Below, piece after piece: positions 46,246 through 55,224 of a stretch of 64,000 nucleotides of DNA (position 1 is its first letter; each line of letters begins with the position of its first letter). Below the pieces are notes generated by a model. The model made no database searches. It had not been told where the DNA came from and saw only the letters and a list, made by a program, of their open reading frames with translations. Source of the stretch: an uncultured Thermoplasmatales archaeon (lineage in GTDB: Archaea; Thermoplasmatota; Thermoplasmata; Thermoplasmatales; GCA-001856825); assembly GCA_964541025.1 (NCBI GenBank), contig CAZIOW010000001.1, positions 1,242 through 65,241 on the forward strand, given 5' to 3'. The translations under genes were made by a program, and so were the position numbers.

Positions 46246-48012
46246 ATGAAATTCCTGGAACTCGCCACCGTTCTCGACAGAATAGAGAGTACAACAAAGA
46301 GGCTTGAAATGGTTGACATTATTTCAGAATTTTTGCGGAGAGCAGACGATGAGATAAGGGAAACAGTTTATTTATTGCAGGGAAAGGTAGCTCCTGACTA
46401 CGAGGGAATAGAGCTTGGTGTCGCCGAAAAAATTGCAATAAAGGTCCTGTCCACTATCACAGGGTTGAGTGAAGGGAAAATTGAGGGAGAACTACTGAAG
46501 GTTGGTGATTTAGGAAAAGTTGGAGAGGAACTCCTCAAAAATAAAAAACAATCATCCTTGTTCTACGAAGAGATGACAATAAGCAAGGTCTTCAGGTCAT
46601 TCCTCAAAATGGCAATGGAATCAGGCAATGGTTCTCAGACAAGGAAGATCCAGATTTTGCAGGAACTCCTTCAGAATTCTGAACCTTTGGAGGCCAGATA
46701 CATCACAAGAATTGTGCTGGGAAAAATGAGGATTGGAGTAGCTGATATGACTATAGTTGATGCTATTGCTGTAGCGTTTGGGAAAAAGGGGGATGAAGAT
46801 GAGGTAGAGAGAGCATATAACATACATCCCAATCTTGCTGAGATTGCCCTTATAGCTTATAATGGCGGGATAGAAGCCCTGAGGGCTATAAAGGTAAAAC
46901 CGGGTATACCTGTAAGATCGATGCTTGCAGAGAGACTTCCATCGCTAAAGGAAATACTTGAAAAGATGGAAGGATCATGCGCCTTTGAGTACAAGTACGA
47001 CGGTCTGAGAATACAGGCACACAAAAATGGGAATGACGTGATGCTGTTTTCAAGGAGACTGGAAAATGTAACTTCTCAGTTTCCAGACATTGTTAGGGAA
47101 ATAAGGGAAAATGTATCAGCTGAAAATGCAATACTTGACGGAGAGGCTGTACCATTTAATCTTGATACCGGAGAGATGCTTCCATTCCAGGAAATATCCA
47201 GAAGAAGGGGGAGAAAATTTGACCTGAATGCCACAGCTGAAAGAATTCCAGTGGTTCTTTTCCTCTTTGATATACTCTACTATAATGATGAAAACATGAT
47301 GATCCGACCTTACACTGAAAGGAGAATCAAACTCATAAACAGTATAAATGAATCGGTAAAACTCAGAATAGGAAAGAGCAGGATTCTTTCAGAAGAATCG
47401 GATGCAGAAAAATTCTTCACCGAAGCACTCGAGGCCGGCTGCGAGGGTATCGTTGCCAAGAATATATCAGAAAAGTCCATTTACAGGGCAGGTGCAAGGG
47501 AATTCTTATGGATAAAATACAAGAGGGATTATCAGATGGAAATGGAGGATACAGTGGATCTTGTAGTTGTAGGTGCCTTCGGTGGACAGGGAAGGAGAAG
47601 CGGAGGTTATGGGGCACTCCTAATGGCAGTTTATTCCAAAGAAGACGGGTTATTCAGGACGATATGCAAACTTGGCTCAGGATTCACCGACGACCAGCTT
47701 AATAATCTCCCGAGAATGCTGAGGCCTTACCTGCTGAAGGAGAAGGACAGGAGGGTTGACAGCTTAATACAACCTGATTTCTGGTTCGAGCCTGGCAAGG
47801 TCCTGGAGGTAAAGGGTGCAGAGATAACAATATCCCCCACGCACACGTGCTGCAGGAATATCATAAAAGAAGGTGCTGGACTGGCAATAAGATTCCCAAG
47901 GTTCACGGGCAGGTGGAGGGAAGACAAGAATCCGGAAGAAGCAACTTCAGAAGAGGAGATTATGGAAATGTACCATTCACAGAAGAAAAAGGTCCTCCCA
48001 GACAATCCTTAA
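46246..48012 (+). CDS. lig: ATP-dependent DNA ligase
   Basis: Adenylation motif EYKYDGLRIQ (KxDG), EGIVAK and LWIKYKRDY. Confidence 0.92.
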   Translation: MKFLELATVLDRIESTTKRLEMVDIISEFLRRADDEIRETVYLLQGKVAPDYEGIELGVAEKIAIKVLSTITGLSEGKIEGELLKVGDLGKVGEELLKNKKQSSLFYEEMTISKVFRSFLKMAMESGNGSQTRKIQILQELLQNSEPLEARYITRIVLGKMRIGVADMTIVDAIAVAFGKKGDEDEVERAYNIHPNLAEIALIAYNGGIEALRAIKVKPGIPVRSMLAERLPSLKEILEKMEGSCAFEYKYDGLRIQAHKNGNDVMLFSRRLENVTSQFPDIVREIRENVSAENAILDGEAVPFNLDTGEMLPFQEISRRRGRKFDLNATAERIPVVLFLFDILYYNDENMMIRPYTERRIKLINSINESVKLRIGKSRILSEESDAEKFFTEALEAGCEGIVAKNISEKSIYRAGAREFLWIKYKRDYQMEMEDTVDLVVVGAFGGQGRRSGGYGALLMAVYSKEDGLFRTICKLGSGFTDDQLNNLPRMLRPYLLKEKDRRVDSLIQPDFWFEPGKVLEVKGAEITISPTHTCCRNIIKEGAGLAIRFPRFTGRWREDKNPEEATSEEEIMEMYHSQKKKVLPDNP

Positions 48013-48042
48013 ATTTTTATCTTATCTCTGATTCCCTATGAG

Positions 48043-48945
48043 ATGGTTTCCATTTCAACCAGAGTCGGCAGCAAGAATATTGAGAGCCCTGTAATGTTAG
48101 CAAGCGGAATACTCGATGAAACATCAGGTTCAGTGCTGAGGGCTATAGATTCAGGTGCTGGGATATCTGTTACAAAATCCATAGGAATAAAGGAAAGGAA
48201 TGGATATCCAACCCCCATAATTTCAATCATAAATACGGGAATGCTTAATGCTGTAGGGCTTGCCAATCCCGGTATTGACGCATTTCTGGAAGAGTTCAAA
48301 AATGTGAAAAGGAAGGACAGGATAGCTGTTTCAATATTCGGGAAGGATGAGGAGGAGTTTTCATATCTTGCCAAGAGTGTCCAGGAGGTTGGATTTGGAA
48401 TAGTTGAACTGAATCTTTCATGTCCCCATGTCCAAGGTTTTGGATCTGAGGTGGGCCAGGATCCGGAGCTTGTTGAGAATATAATAAAAGAAATAAGACG
48501 CAAGACCAACCTTCAGATATGGGCCAAGCTGACACCAAACGTAACGGATATCATCGAAATAGCAAAGGCTGCAGAAGAAGCGGATGCATACGTTCTGATT
48601 AACACCCTTAAGGCTATAGGTGTGGACATTTACTCAAGGAATTTCCTTCTCTCAAACAAAATAGGGGGCTATTCTGGGCCTGGAATAAAGCCAGTAGCTC
48701 TTAGGGCTGTTTATGATGTATTCAGGGAAACCCAGAAGGATATAATAGGTGTTGGAGGGATCACAACCTGGTCTGATGCTATTGAATTCCTCCTTGTCGG
48801 TGCAAGGGCAGTCCAGGTTGGGACCGGCTTATACTATGAAGATTATGAGATATTCAGAAAAATCAATGATGGAATAGGAAGATACCTTGAACAGGAGAAA
48901 TTCTCCTCTATCGAAGATATAGCTGGGTTAATGGTGAGAGAATGA
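48043..48945 (+). CDS. pyrD: dihydroorotate dehydrogenase (class 1B) catalytic subunit
   Basis: SGILDE, VELNLSCPHV, GGYSGPGIKP and GVGGI motifs. Confidence 0.9.
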   Translation: MVSISTRVGSKNIESPVMLASGILDETSGSVLRAIDSGAGISVTKSIGIKERNGYPTPIISIINTGMLNAVGLANPGIDAFLEEFKNVKRKDRIAVSIFGKDEEEFSYLAKSVQEVGFGIVELNLSCPHVQGFGSEVGQDPELVENIIKEIRRKTNLQIWAKLTPNVTDIIEIAKAAEEADAYVLINTLKAIGVDIYSRNFLLSNKIGGYSGPGIKPVALRAVYDVFRETQKDIIGVGGITTWSDAIEFLLVGARAVQVGTGLYYEDYEIFRKINDGIGRYLEQEKFSSIEDIAGLMVRE

Positions 48946-49685
48946 ATTTTTCAGAAATTATTGAGGTCAAAAGTACTGGAAAAAATATATTCGTAATTAG
49001 GTTCAAAGGAATTGGAAGGGCCAAGCCCGGCCAGTTTCTTATGATATGGGTCCCTGGAGTAAAGGAAGTACCGATGTCAATTTCCTCAATGGACAATGGT
49101 TATGAAATAACCTTCAAGGTTTACGGAGATGCCACAAGGAAATTATCGGAGATGAAGGCTGGTGAAAGGATATTCTACAGAGGTCCGTATGGAAAACCTT
49201 ATCCTGAACCAGAGGGGAAAATTGCATATGTAGCTGGGGGTACAGGACTGGCATCCCTGAAACCTTTAATAAATAAGTTCGGGGGAGATGTTTACGTTGG
49301 AGCGAGGACAAGGGATGAACTTTTCATGATTGATGAGAGTTTCAATATTGCAACGGATGACGGATCCCTTGGATTTAAGGGAAACATAGTTGATCTATTC
49401 CTCTCTCTTGGAAGAATCTATGATACAATATATGTGTGCGGGCCAGAAATAATGATGAAAAATTTTTATGACAGGGCAGGCAAGAAATATGGAAGAAATA
49501 TCTATTTCTCCCTTGAGAGGTTGATGAAGTGTGGGATTGGTATATGTGACAGTTGCACTATAAATGGATTTCGCGTTTGCAAGGATGGGCCTGTTTTCAG
49601 CTATGATGAAATATCACAAATGGATGAGTTTGGGGTTAAGAGAAGGACAGAGTCAGGAAGAATAGAACTCTTGCTTAAAAGATGA
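48942..49685 (+). CDS. pyrK: dihydroorotate dehydrogenase electron-transfer subunit
   Basis: FAD/NAD-binding fold (YVAGGTGLA). C-terminal 2Fe-2S cysteines (CGIGICDSC...VCKDGPVF). ATGA overlap with pyrD. Confidence 0.88.
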   Translation: MNFSEIIEVKSTGKNIFVIRFKGIGRAKPGQFLMIWVPGVKEVPMSISSMDNGYEITFKVYGDATRKLSEMKAGERIFYRGPYGKPYPEPEGKIAYVAGGTGLASLKPLINKFGGDVYVGARTRDELFMIDESFNIATDDGSLGFKGNIVDLFLSLGRIYDTIYVCGPEIMMKNFYDRAGKKYGRNIYFSLERLMKCGIGICDSCTINGFRVCKDGPVFSYDEISQMDEFGVKRRTESGRIELLLKR

Positions 49686-50353
49686 TCGTTATGGACATTC
49701 TTCAGAATTACGTATACATTTCATTTCTTCTCCTAATACTCCTGCTGTATGCATCGTATGAAGATTTCAGGTCGAGAAAAGTTACAACCCTCACTTTTCT
49801 TATGCTGGATATAATCCTAATGATATATTATCTATTCATCAACTGGTACATTTCGCTACTGATTATTCCTATAATAGGAGAATATTACATCAAGAAATTC
49901 TCAATCATTCCTTATGTAATAATAGCAATTCCACTGCTTTTTGGTGCCAATATGATCATAATTTCCATATCATATTCCATACTTCTGATAAAGATTTTCT
50001 CGTTGGTCATAAGAAACCTTGGGAGGGGTGATATCAAAATACTCCAGACCATTGCTGCAGCATTTCCTATATACCCTCATCTTAAGTTAATATATTCAAT
50101 ACTTCCTCCCGTTATAGTTGTTATGCTCATCGCTTCCCTTATTGGGCTTGGGTCAGGGGTTATGCTGTTCTTAGAAAATAGAAATGAGAAGGATTTCAGA
50201 TGGAAGTTTACCTCAATTCCCCTTTCCAAAGTTAAAGAGGAATATAAATTCTGGATAAAGAATGACAGGGCAGTCTACAAAATACCCTTCGTGACATTCA
50301 TCACATTCTCATATGCCTCAATACTCATCCTTTCATTACTCCGATTGGTCTGA
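49682..50353 (+). CDS. A24-family aspartic (prepilin/preflagellin-type) signal peptidase
   Basis: Polytopic membrane protein with the two Asp motifs YEDFRSRKV and GRGDIKIL (GxGD). ATGA overlap with pyrK. Confidence 0.7.
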   Translation: MIVMDILQNYVYISFLLLILLLYASYEDFRSRKVTTLTFLMLDIILMIYYLFINWYISLLIIPIIGEYYIKKFSIIPYVIIAIPLLFGANMIIISISYSILLIKIFSLVIRNLGRGDIKILQTIAAAFPIYPHLKLIYSILPPVIVVMLIASLIGLGSGVMLFLENRNEKDFRWKFTSIPLSKVKEEYKFWIKNDRAVYKIPFVTFITFSYASILILSLLRLV

Positions 50354-51773
50354 GCCTGGCCACTATATCTGATATACCTGCACATTTAACCGAATTGGCA
50401 ACTTCATCCACATCCTTGTACGCGTAAGGCACCTCTTCCTGTAGAACATATTTTGTAGCGGCCCTAACATATACCCCCTTGCTTTGAAGATCATTCCTAA
50501 CCCATTGGTCTGTGTACTCCCTTACTGCCTTGCTTCTGCTCATGACTCTTCCTGAGCCATGGCACGTTGATCCAAAAGTTTCTTCTAGACTTTTTGGGGT
50601 TCCAACAAGGACATAGGAAGCTGTCCCCATTGTACCTGGTATTATTACAGGATGTCCGGTTTCCCTGTATTTTCCGCGAATTTCCTCTCTCCCAGCCGGG
50701 AAAGCCCTTGTGGCACCCTTCCGGTGAACAACCAGGTCCATTTTCTTTCCATCAACATAGTGCTTTTCAAGCTTTGCTATGTTATGAGCTACATCATAAA
50801 CTATCTCCATTCCAGCATCTTCTGCCTTTTCCCCCGTAACCTTCTCAAAGCTTTCCCTTATCCAGTGAGTGATAATTTCTCTGTTGGAAAATCCAAAGTT
50901 TGCAGCAGCACCCATTGCTCCTATGTAATTCTCAGCTTCCCGGCTGGTGAATGGTGCAGAAGCAAGTTGTTTATCCGGTACCTTAATTCCATACTTGACC
51001 ATTGCTTCTTCCATCACCTCAATGTAGTCTGTAGCAACCTGGTGCCCGAATCCCCTTGAACCTGTATGAACCATAACGGTTACCTGTCCTTCCTTTTCTA
51101 TCCCAAATTTTTTTGCCATAACAGGATCAAGAATCCTGTCAACTACCTGTATTTCCAAGAAATGATTTCCTGCTCCAAGGGAACCAAGTTGGGAGAATCC
51201 CCTTTCTCTGGCCCTTCTTGATACCTTTTCCCTGTTGGCAAATTTTATCTGTCCCTCCTCTTCTATCCTCTCCAGATCCCTGTCCCATCCGTAACCCTGA
51301 CTTACAGCATATTTCACCCCTTCTGAGAGAATGTTTTCAACTTTTTCCCATCCAAGTTTTAATTTACCTTCTCTCCCCACTCCCGATGGAACATTATTGA
51401 AAATAGTATCGACCAGTTCCTTGATTTTAGGTCGAATATCCTTTTCCTCAAAATTTGTCCTTATAAGCCTTACTCCGCAATTGATATCATACCCAACACC
51501 GCCGGGAGAAATAACCCCATTTTCATAATCGAAAGCAGCAACACCCCCTATTGGGAACCCGTAACCAAGGTGTATATCTGGCATAGCAAGAGAGGCCTTA
51601 ATTATTCCTGGGAGAGTGGATACGTTGACAACCTGTTTCAGGGAATCATCATTCCTAATACCTTCAATTATTTCATCATCAGCGTACAAAATTCCAGGAA
51701 CCCTCATTCCTTTCTTTTCATCCTTATCTATTTCCCACTTGCAATTGCCCACTTTCCGCAGACCTATGTCCAT
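50325..51773 (-). CDS. rtcB: RNA-splicing ligase RtcB
   Basis: GYDINCGVR, GAGNHFLE, HTGSRGFGHQ and HGSGR motifs. At 482 aa there is no intein-sized insertion. Confidence 0.93.
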   Translation of the reverse strand: MDIGLRKVGNCKWEIDKDEKKGMRVPGILYADDEIIEGIRNDDSLKQVVNVSTLPGIIKASLAMPDIHLGYGFPIGGVAAFDYENGVISPGGVGYDINCGVRLIRTNFEEKDIRPKIKELVDTIFNNVPSGVGREGKLKLGWEKVENILSEGVKYAVSQGYGWDRDLERIEEEGQIKFANREKVSRRARERGFSQLGSLGAGNHFLEIQVVDRILDPVMAKKFGIEKEGQVTVMVHTGSRGFGHQVATDYIEVMEEAMVKYGIKVPDKQLASAPFTSREAENYIGAMGAAANFGFSNREIITHWIRESFEKVTGEKAEDAGMEIVYDVAHNIAKLEKHYVDGKKMDLVVHRKGATRAFPAGREEIRGKYRETGHPVIIPGTMGTASYVLVGTPKSLEETFGSTCHGSGRVMSRSKAVREYTDQWVRNDLQSKGVYVRAATKYVLQEEVPYAYKDVDEVANSVKCAGISDIVARLRPIGVMKG

Positions 51774-52056
51774 ATTATATCATGCAATCTTAATATAAAA
51801 ATCTGTGATTATTCTTTCATAGTCTCATTTTAAAAGATATATGATCAAAATTTAAAAAATGGTTTCAATAGAACTTGATTTTTCCTTAGTTGGGGAAAGT
51901 GGAAGTAATTATATATTATAAAAAATAGAATAAAAATCATCCTTGTTCTAGATGATCAAAAAAGACCGATCGATGTATTTGATAGGATAATTCTTTAATT
52001 TAAAAAAAAGAAAATATATTCATAATGTTTTTCAACTTGTATTCGCTAACATCATA

Positions 52057-52329
52057 ATGAATATTCCAATATATCAGAAACTGAGAAGGGAAGGTGATTA
52101 CGTCCCCCGCTTTCTGATAAAACTGTGGCAGATACGTATAAAAGAGAAATTTGGACTGGAAGTGGATAGTGATATTGCTGAGGTAATTGTTAAGATAGTT
52201 CACGAGAGAAGCACTTGGAAAACTTCAAGGGCAGAAAAATATATCACGGCTCTCCTAAAATCAAAAGGAGAGAATAAGGAACAGGCAGAGAAGAAGGCCA
52301 AAGATATTGTTAAAACGATCCTTGAATGA
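52057..52329 (+). CDS. small hypothetical protein (90 aa)
   Basis: ATG-started helical, basic ORF with an ATGA overlap onto the following methyltransferase gene. No motif recognised. Confidence 0.55.
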   Translation: MNIPIYQKLRREGDYVPRFLIKLWQIRIKEKFGLEVDSDIAEVIVKIVHERSTWKTSRAEKYITALLKSKGENKEQAEKKAKDIVKTILE

Positions 52330-52925
52330 AGAGAAAAGAGCTGGAATTAAGAATTTCAAAACTTGACGGGAATCCAGAAAAAAAATCCAGTCTGGAACAG
52401 TACTTTACGCCATCAGGTCTGGCATCAGGAATACTCTACAGAGCATTGGCAGAAGGAGACATAGAGGGAAAGACAGTGGCAGATTTTGGAACCGGGAATG
52501 GCATATTTGCAATAGGAGCATACTTGCTTGGAGCAAAGAAGGTTTATGCCATTGACATAGATCCTAAAATGATAGAGCTGTCGAAAAGAAATGCATTGTT
52601 GAATCAAGCAGAAATAGAATTTTTGAATATGGATGTTGCCGATTTCAGCACTAATGTTGATACAGTACTAATGAACCCGCCATTCGGGAGTCAGAAGAGG
52701 GGATCTGATATTCCCTTTATTGAAAAAGCTCTGGTTATCTCTAAAAATTTTTATACGTTATTTAACTACAAAAGTAGTGATTTCTTGAAGAAGTTCATAG
52801 GAGGAAGGGGGGAAATAATGTGGGCTGAAGAAATAAATTTCAGAGTCCCTCATACCTTTGAATTTCACAGGAAGGAAGTAAAGAATATAAAGGCGATTGT
52901 TGCGAAGGTGATGGTATGTCGGTGA
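52326..52925 (+). CDS. SAM-dependent methyltransferase, METTL5-like (putative rRNA N6-adenine MTase family)
   Basis: DFGTGNGIFAIGA SAM-binding motif and the MNPPFG catalytic motif. Confidence 0.8.
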   Translation: MKRKELELRISKLDGNPEKKSSLEQYFTPSGLASGILYRALAEGDIEGKTVADFGTGNGIFAIGAYLLGAKKVYAIDIDPKMIELSKRNALLNQAEIEFLNMDVADFSTNVDTVLMNPPFGSQKRGSDIPFIEKALVISKNFYTLFNYKSSDFLKKFIGGRGEIMWAEEINFRVPHTFEFHRKEVKNIKAIVAKVMVCR

Positions 52926-53485
52926 AATATGTTGCACCTGGGCAGTACCTTGGAACAGAAGAAGAGTTCATTCCGGGGGAAGGAACATACGAAGATAATG
53001 GAAGAATATACTCAAGCTGTGCAGGTACAGTGGAAGTGGATGAAAGGAATTATAAGGTAAGCATTAAAGGGAAAGAGAAATCAATAAATGCAGAAGTAGG
53101 CGACGAAATCATAGGAGTAGTATCGGAAATAAATGAACCTATAGTCGTAGTGATGAGTGAGTATCTGATAAGAAACGGAAAAATATACGAGTACCAAAAC
53201 AGAACTCTCGTTCACGCAAGCCGAATAATGGGGCATTTTCTTGATCAAGCTTCAAGGGCTGTGAAAATAAGAGACGTGGTCAAGGGAAGGGTAGTATCTA
53301 CAAGGGGCAAAATAGATCTTTCTCTGGAAAGGCCAGATGATGGGGTAATATATGCATTCTGTTCCAGATGCAGAAAACCGCTAGAAAAAGTTAATAATGG
53401 TCTTTATTGTAGGTATTGCCAGAGAAATGAAATGAGAAAAATCTCCTCGAAGTATGGAGAATTCCCATTGAAAATGGAAAGGTGA
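52916..53485 (+). CDS. csl4: exosome complex RNA-binding subunit Csl4
   Basis: N-terminus YVAPGQYLGTEEEFIPGEGTY, a central S1-like region, and a C-terminal zinc ribbon (CSRCRKPL...YCRYC). Confidence 0.85.
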   Translation: MSVKYVAPGQYLGTEEEFIPGEGTYEDNGRIYSSCAGTVEVDERNYKVSIKGKEKSINAEVGDEIIGVVSEINEPIVVVMSEYLIRNGKIYEYQNRTLVHASRIMGHFLDQASRAVKIRDVVKGRVVSTRGKIDLSLERPDDGVIYAFCSRCRKPLEKVNNGLYCRYCQRNEMRKISSKYGEFPLKMER

Positions 53486-53489
53486 TGAT

Positions 53490-53636
53490 ATGGATAATAA
53501 AATAAGTGTAGAGAAACTTGATATGGAAGTAAAGCACCTCAGAACCGAGGTGGAAAACATGAAGGTCATACTTCGTGGTCTTCTCCAGGTGGTTATGGAG
53601 AATGATGAAGACGAAGATTATTATGAGTATACGTAG
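53490..53636 (+). CDS. unannotated small ORF (48 aa), predicted helical with acidic/aromatic tail
   Basis: MDNKISVEKLDMEVKHLRTEVENMKVILRGLLQVVMENDEDEDYYEYT. It is below the track length cut-off. GGTGA lies 4 nt upstream. The ORF exactly fills the csl4-Sm gap, and the SD of the Sm gene begins at its stop codon. Confidence 0.5.
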   Translation: MDNKISVEKLDMEVKHLRTEVENMKVILRGLLQVVMENDEDEDYYEYT

Positions 53637-53646
53637 GTGATAAAAA

Positions 53647-53862
53647 ATGGCAGTTCCAATGGCAGTAATGCAAAGTATGTTGCAGAAGAATGTATCCTTA
53701 CTCCTTAAGGACAACACAACTCTCGAAGGAGTACTGGAAAGTTATGATGACTATATGAATATAGTTCTTTCTGGAACAGAGGAAATAACAGAGAATAGTA
53801 AGAGGAAGCTGGGCACAGTAATACTAAGGGGAAACAATGTAGTAAGGATATCCCCAAAATGA
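53647..53862 (+). CDS. Sm-like archaeal protein (LSm/SmAP)
   Basis: Sm1/Sm2 pattern: VSLLLKDNTTLEGVLESYDDYMNIVL...TVILRGNNVVRISP. GGTGA lies 6 nt upstream. Confidence 0.88.
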   Translation: MAVPMAVMQSMLQKNVSLLLKDNTTLEGVLESYDDYMNIVLSGTEEITENSKRKLGTVILRGNNVVRISPK

Positions 53863-53874
53863 AGAATGGTGTGA

Positions 53875-55224
53875 ATGTCAGACAAACCGCAGGAAGTAAA
53901 GGAAGAGAAATCTAGGGACATAGAGGACATAATTAATGAAATTTCTAAGTACATAGGGATAGATATAAATATCAGTGTAGAAGAACAGCTTGAGAAAATT
54001 TTCGAGACCATAATACTCTATAAAAACCTGGAGGAATTTAAATCAGGAGAAATGAACGGAGCTCAGGGTGAAATATCTATAGAAGTTAAGGAAAAACTGC
54101 TCGACCTCAAGGAAAAAATGATGGAAAGGAAAGGTGAAATAAGCCAAGAAACAATTAATAAAATCAAGGAACAGGTAGATAACATTCTTTCTGAAATAGG
54201 GGAAAGGGAAAGATCTATAAAGGCTAAAGAAAGGGACCTAAATGAGAAGGAGAAAAATATAACAGAGATGAAAAGGTCACTTGAACAGGAAAAGAAGAAA
54301 TTGATGGAACTCGCTCAGATGCAGAGAGAGGAGTATCTGAAGGTCCTTGAAGAAGAAACAAAGACAAAGGAGGATGAACTTAAGGGAAAGTTAAGGCTGC
54401 TGGAATTGAAGGAGAAAGAGATCAAGGAAAGGGAGAAAAATATTCTAAAACAGGAGATTGAACTTCTTGAGGAGCAAATTAAATCAGAAATACAGGAAAG
54501 AAAGATTAGAACAGGTATAAGAAAGCTAGACGACCTGCTAAATGGGGGAGTGCCAGTTCCTAGCAATATAATGGTTTATGGGCCTCCATTTGCAGGAAAG
54601 GAAGAAATGCTATACAACATAATGACATCATCAATACAGAGAGGTTTGCCATCAATAATTGTGACCTTCGACCGGACAACTGAGTCATTGCTTCAGGGAA
54701 TGTCTTACTTCTCTCCTGTGGTTAGGGGGTACCTTGATCTTGAGATGTTATATGTTATTGATACATTCACCAAAACCACAAAGGATGTGCAGACAGAATC
54801 ATCATCAATTATATACCTGGAAAATCAGACTGATCTGGAAGGGGTTACAAGGGAACTGAATAGAATTTCAAATGAGCTAATGAAGAAATCCGGCAGTGTT
54901 ATTGTTGCACTTTTCGGATTCTCAACAATACTGAACTTCTTGGATAAAAGTCAGACACTTAAATTCCTCCAAACATTCGCTACAGAAAGGAGAGACCAGA
55001 ACAATGTATCATTCTATATGGTGGAAAAGGGACTGCACGCTGAAAACGAGATTCAGGCAATTGCACACTTCATGGATGGTATACTAGAATTCAAAACAGA
55101 AGGGAACAAGAGTTTCATAAATGTTAAAGGTGTTACCAACGTAATGTCTAGGGATTGGATAGAGGTAGATTTCAATAAAAATTCATTCAATCTCAAATCA
55201 TTCACTCTCTCCAAGATAAGATGA
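53875..55224 (+). CDS. coiled-coil protein with C-terminal KaiC/RecA-like domain (Walker motifs apparently degenerate)
   Basis: Residues ~70-210 are E/K-rich heptad-like. TGIRKLDDLLNGGVPVPSNIMVYGPPFAGKEE resembles the KaiC-domain start, but the GK is followed by E. The Walker B position reads VIVALFGFS, with no Asp. Confidence 0.7.
   Translation: MSDKPQEVKEEKSRDIEDIINEISKYIGIDINISVEEQLEKIFETIILYKNLEEFKSGEMNGAQGEISIEVKEKLLDLKEKMMERKGEISQETINKIKEQVDNILSEIGERERSIKAKERDLNEKEKNITEMKRSLEQEKKKLMELAQMQREEYLKVLEEETKTKEDELKGKLRLLELKEKEIKEREKNILKQEIELLEEQIKSEIQERKIRTGIRKLDDLLNGGVPVPSNIMVYGPPFAGKEEMLYNIMTSSIQRGLPSIIVTFDRTTESLLQGMSYFSPVVRGYLDLEMLYVIDTFTKTTKDVQTESSSIIYLENQTDLEGVTRELNRISNELMKKSGSVIVALFGFSTILNFLDKSQTLKFLQTFATERRDQNNVSFYMVEKGLHAENEIQAIAHFMDGILEFKTEGNKSFINVKGVTNVMSRDWIEVDFNKNSFNLKSFTLSKIR

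Noticed and set aside
51774-52056. 283-bp intergenic region, examined for an ncRNA or a small ORF (for example the 19-codon ORF at 51859, and the track ORF 52000..52203 on the minus strand)
   Set aside because: There is no GC-rich structured segment and no C/D or H/ACA boxes. The small ORFs have no SD and low-complexity composition. The region is most likely the promoter for the RNA-metabolism gene string.
54100-54520. Repetitive GAA/AAG/GAG-rich stretch that looks like a tandem repeat
   Set aside because: It is in-frame E/K-rich coiled-coil coding sequence of the 53875..55224 gene. It has no fixed-length repeat/spacer periodicity, so it is not a CRISPR array or satellite.
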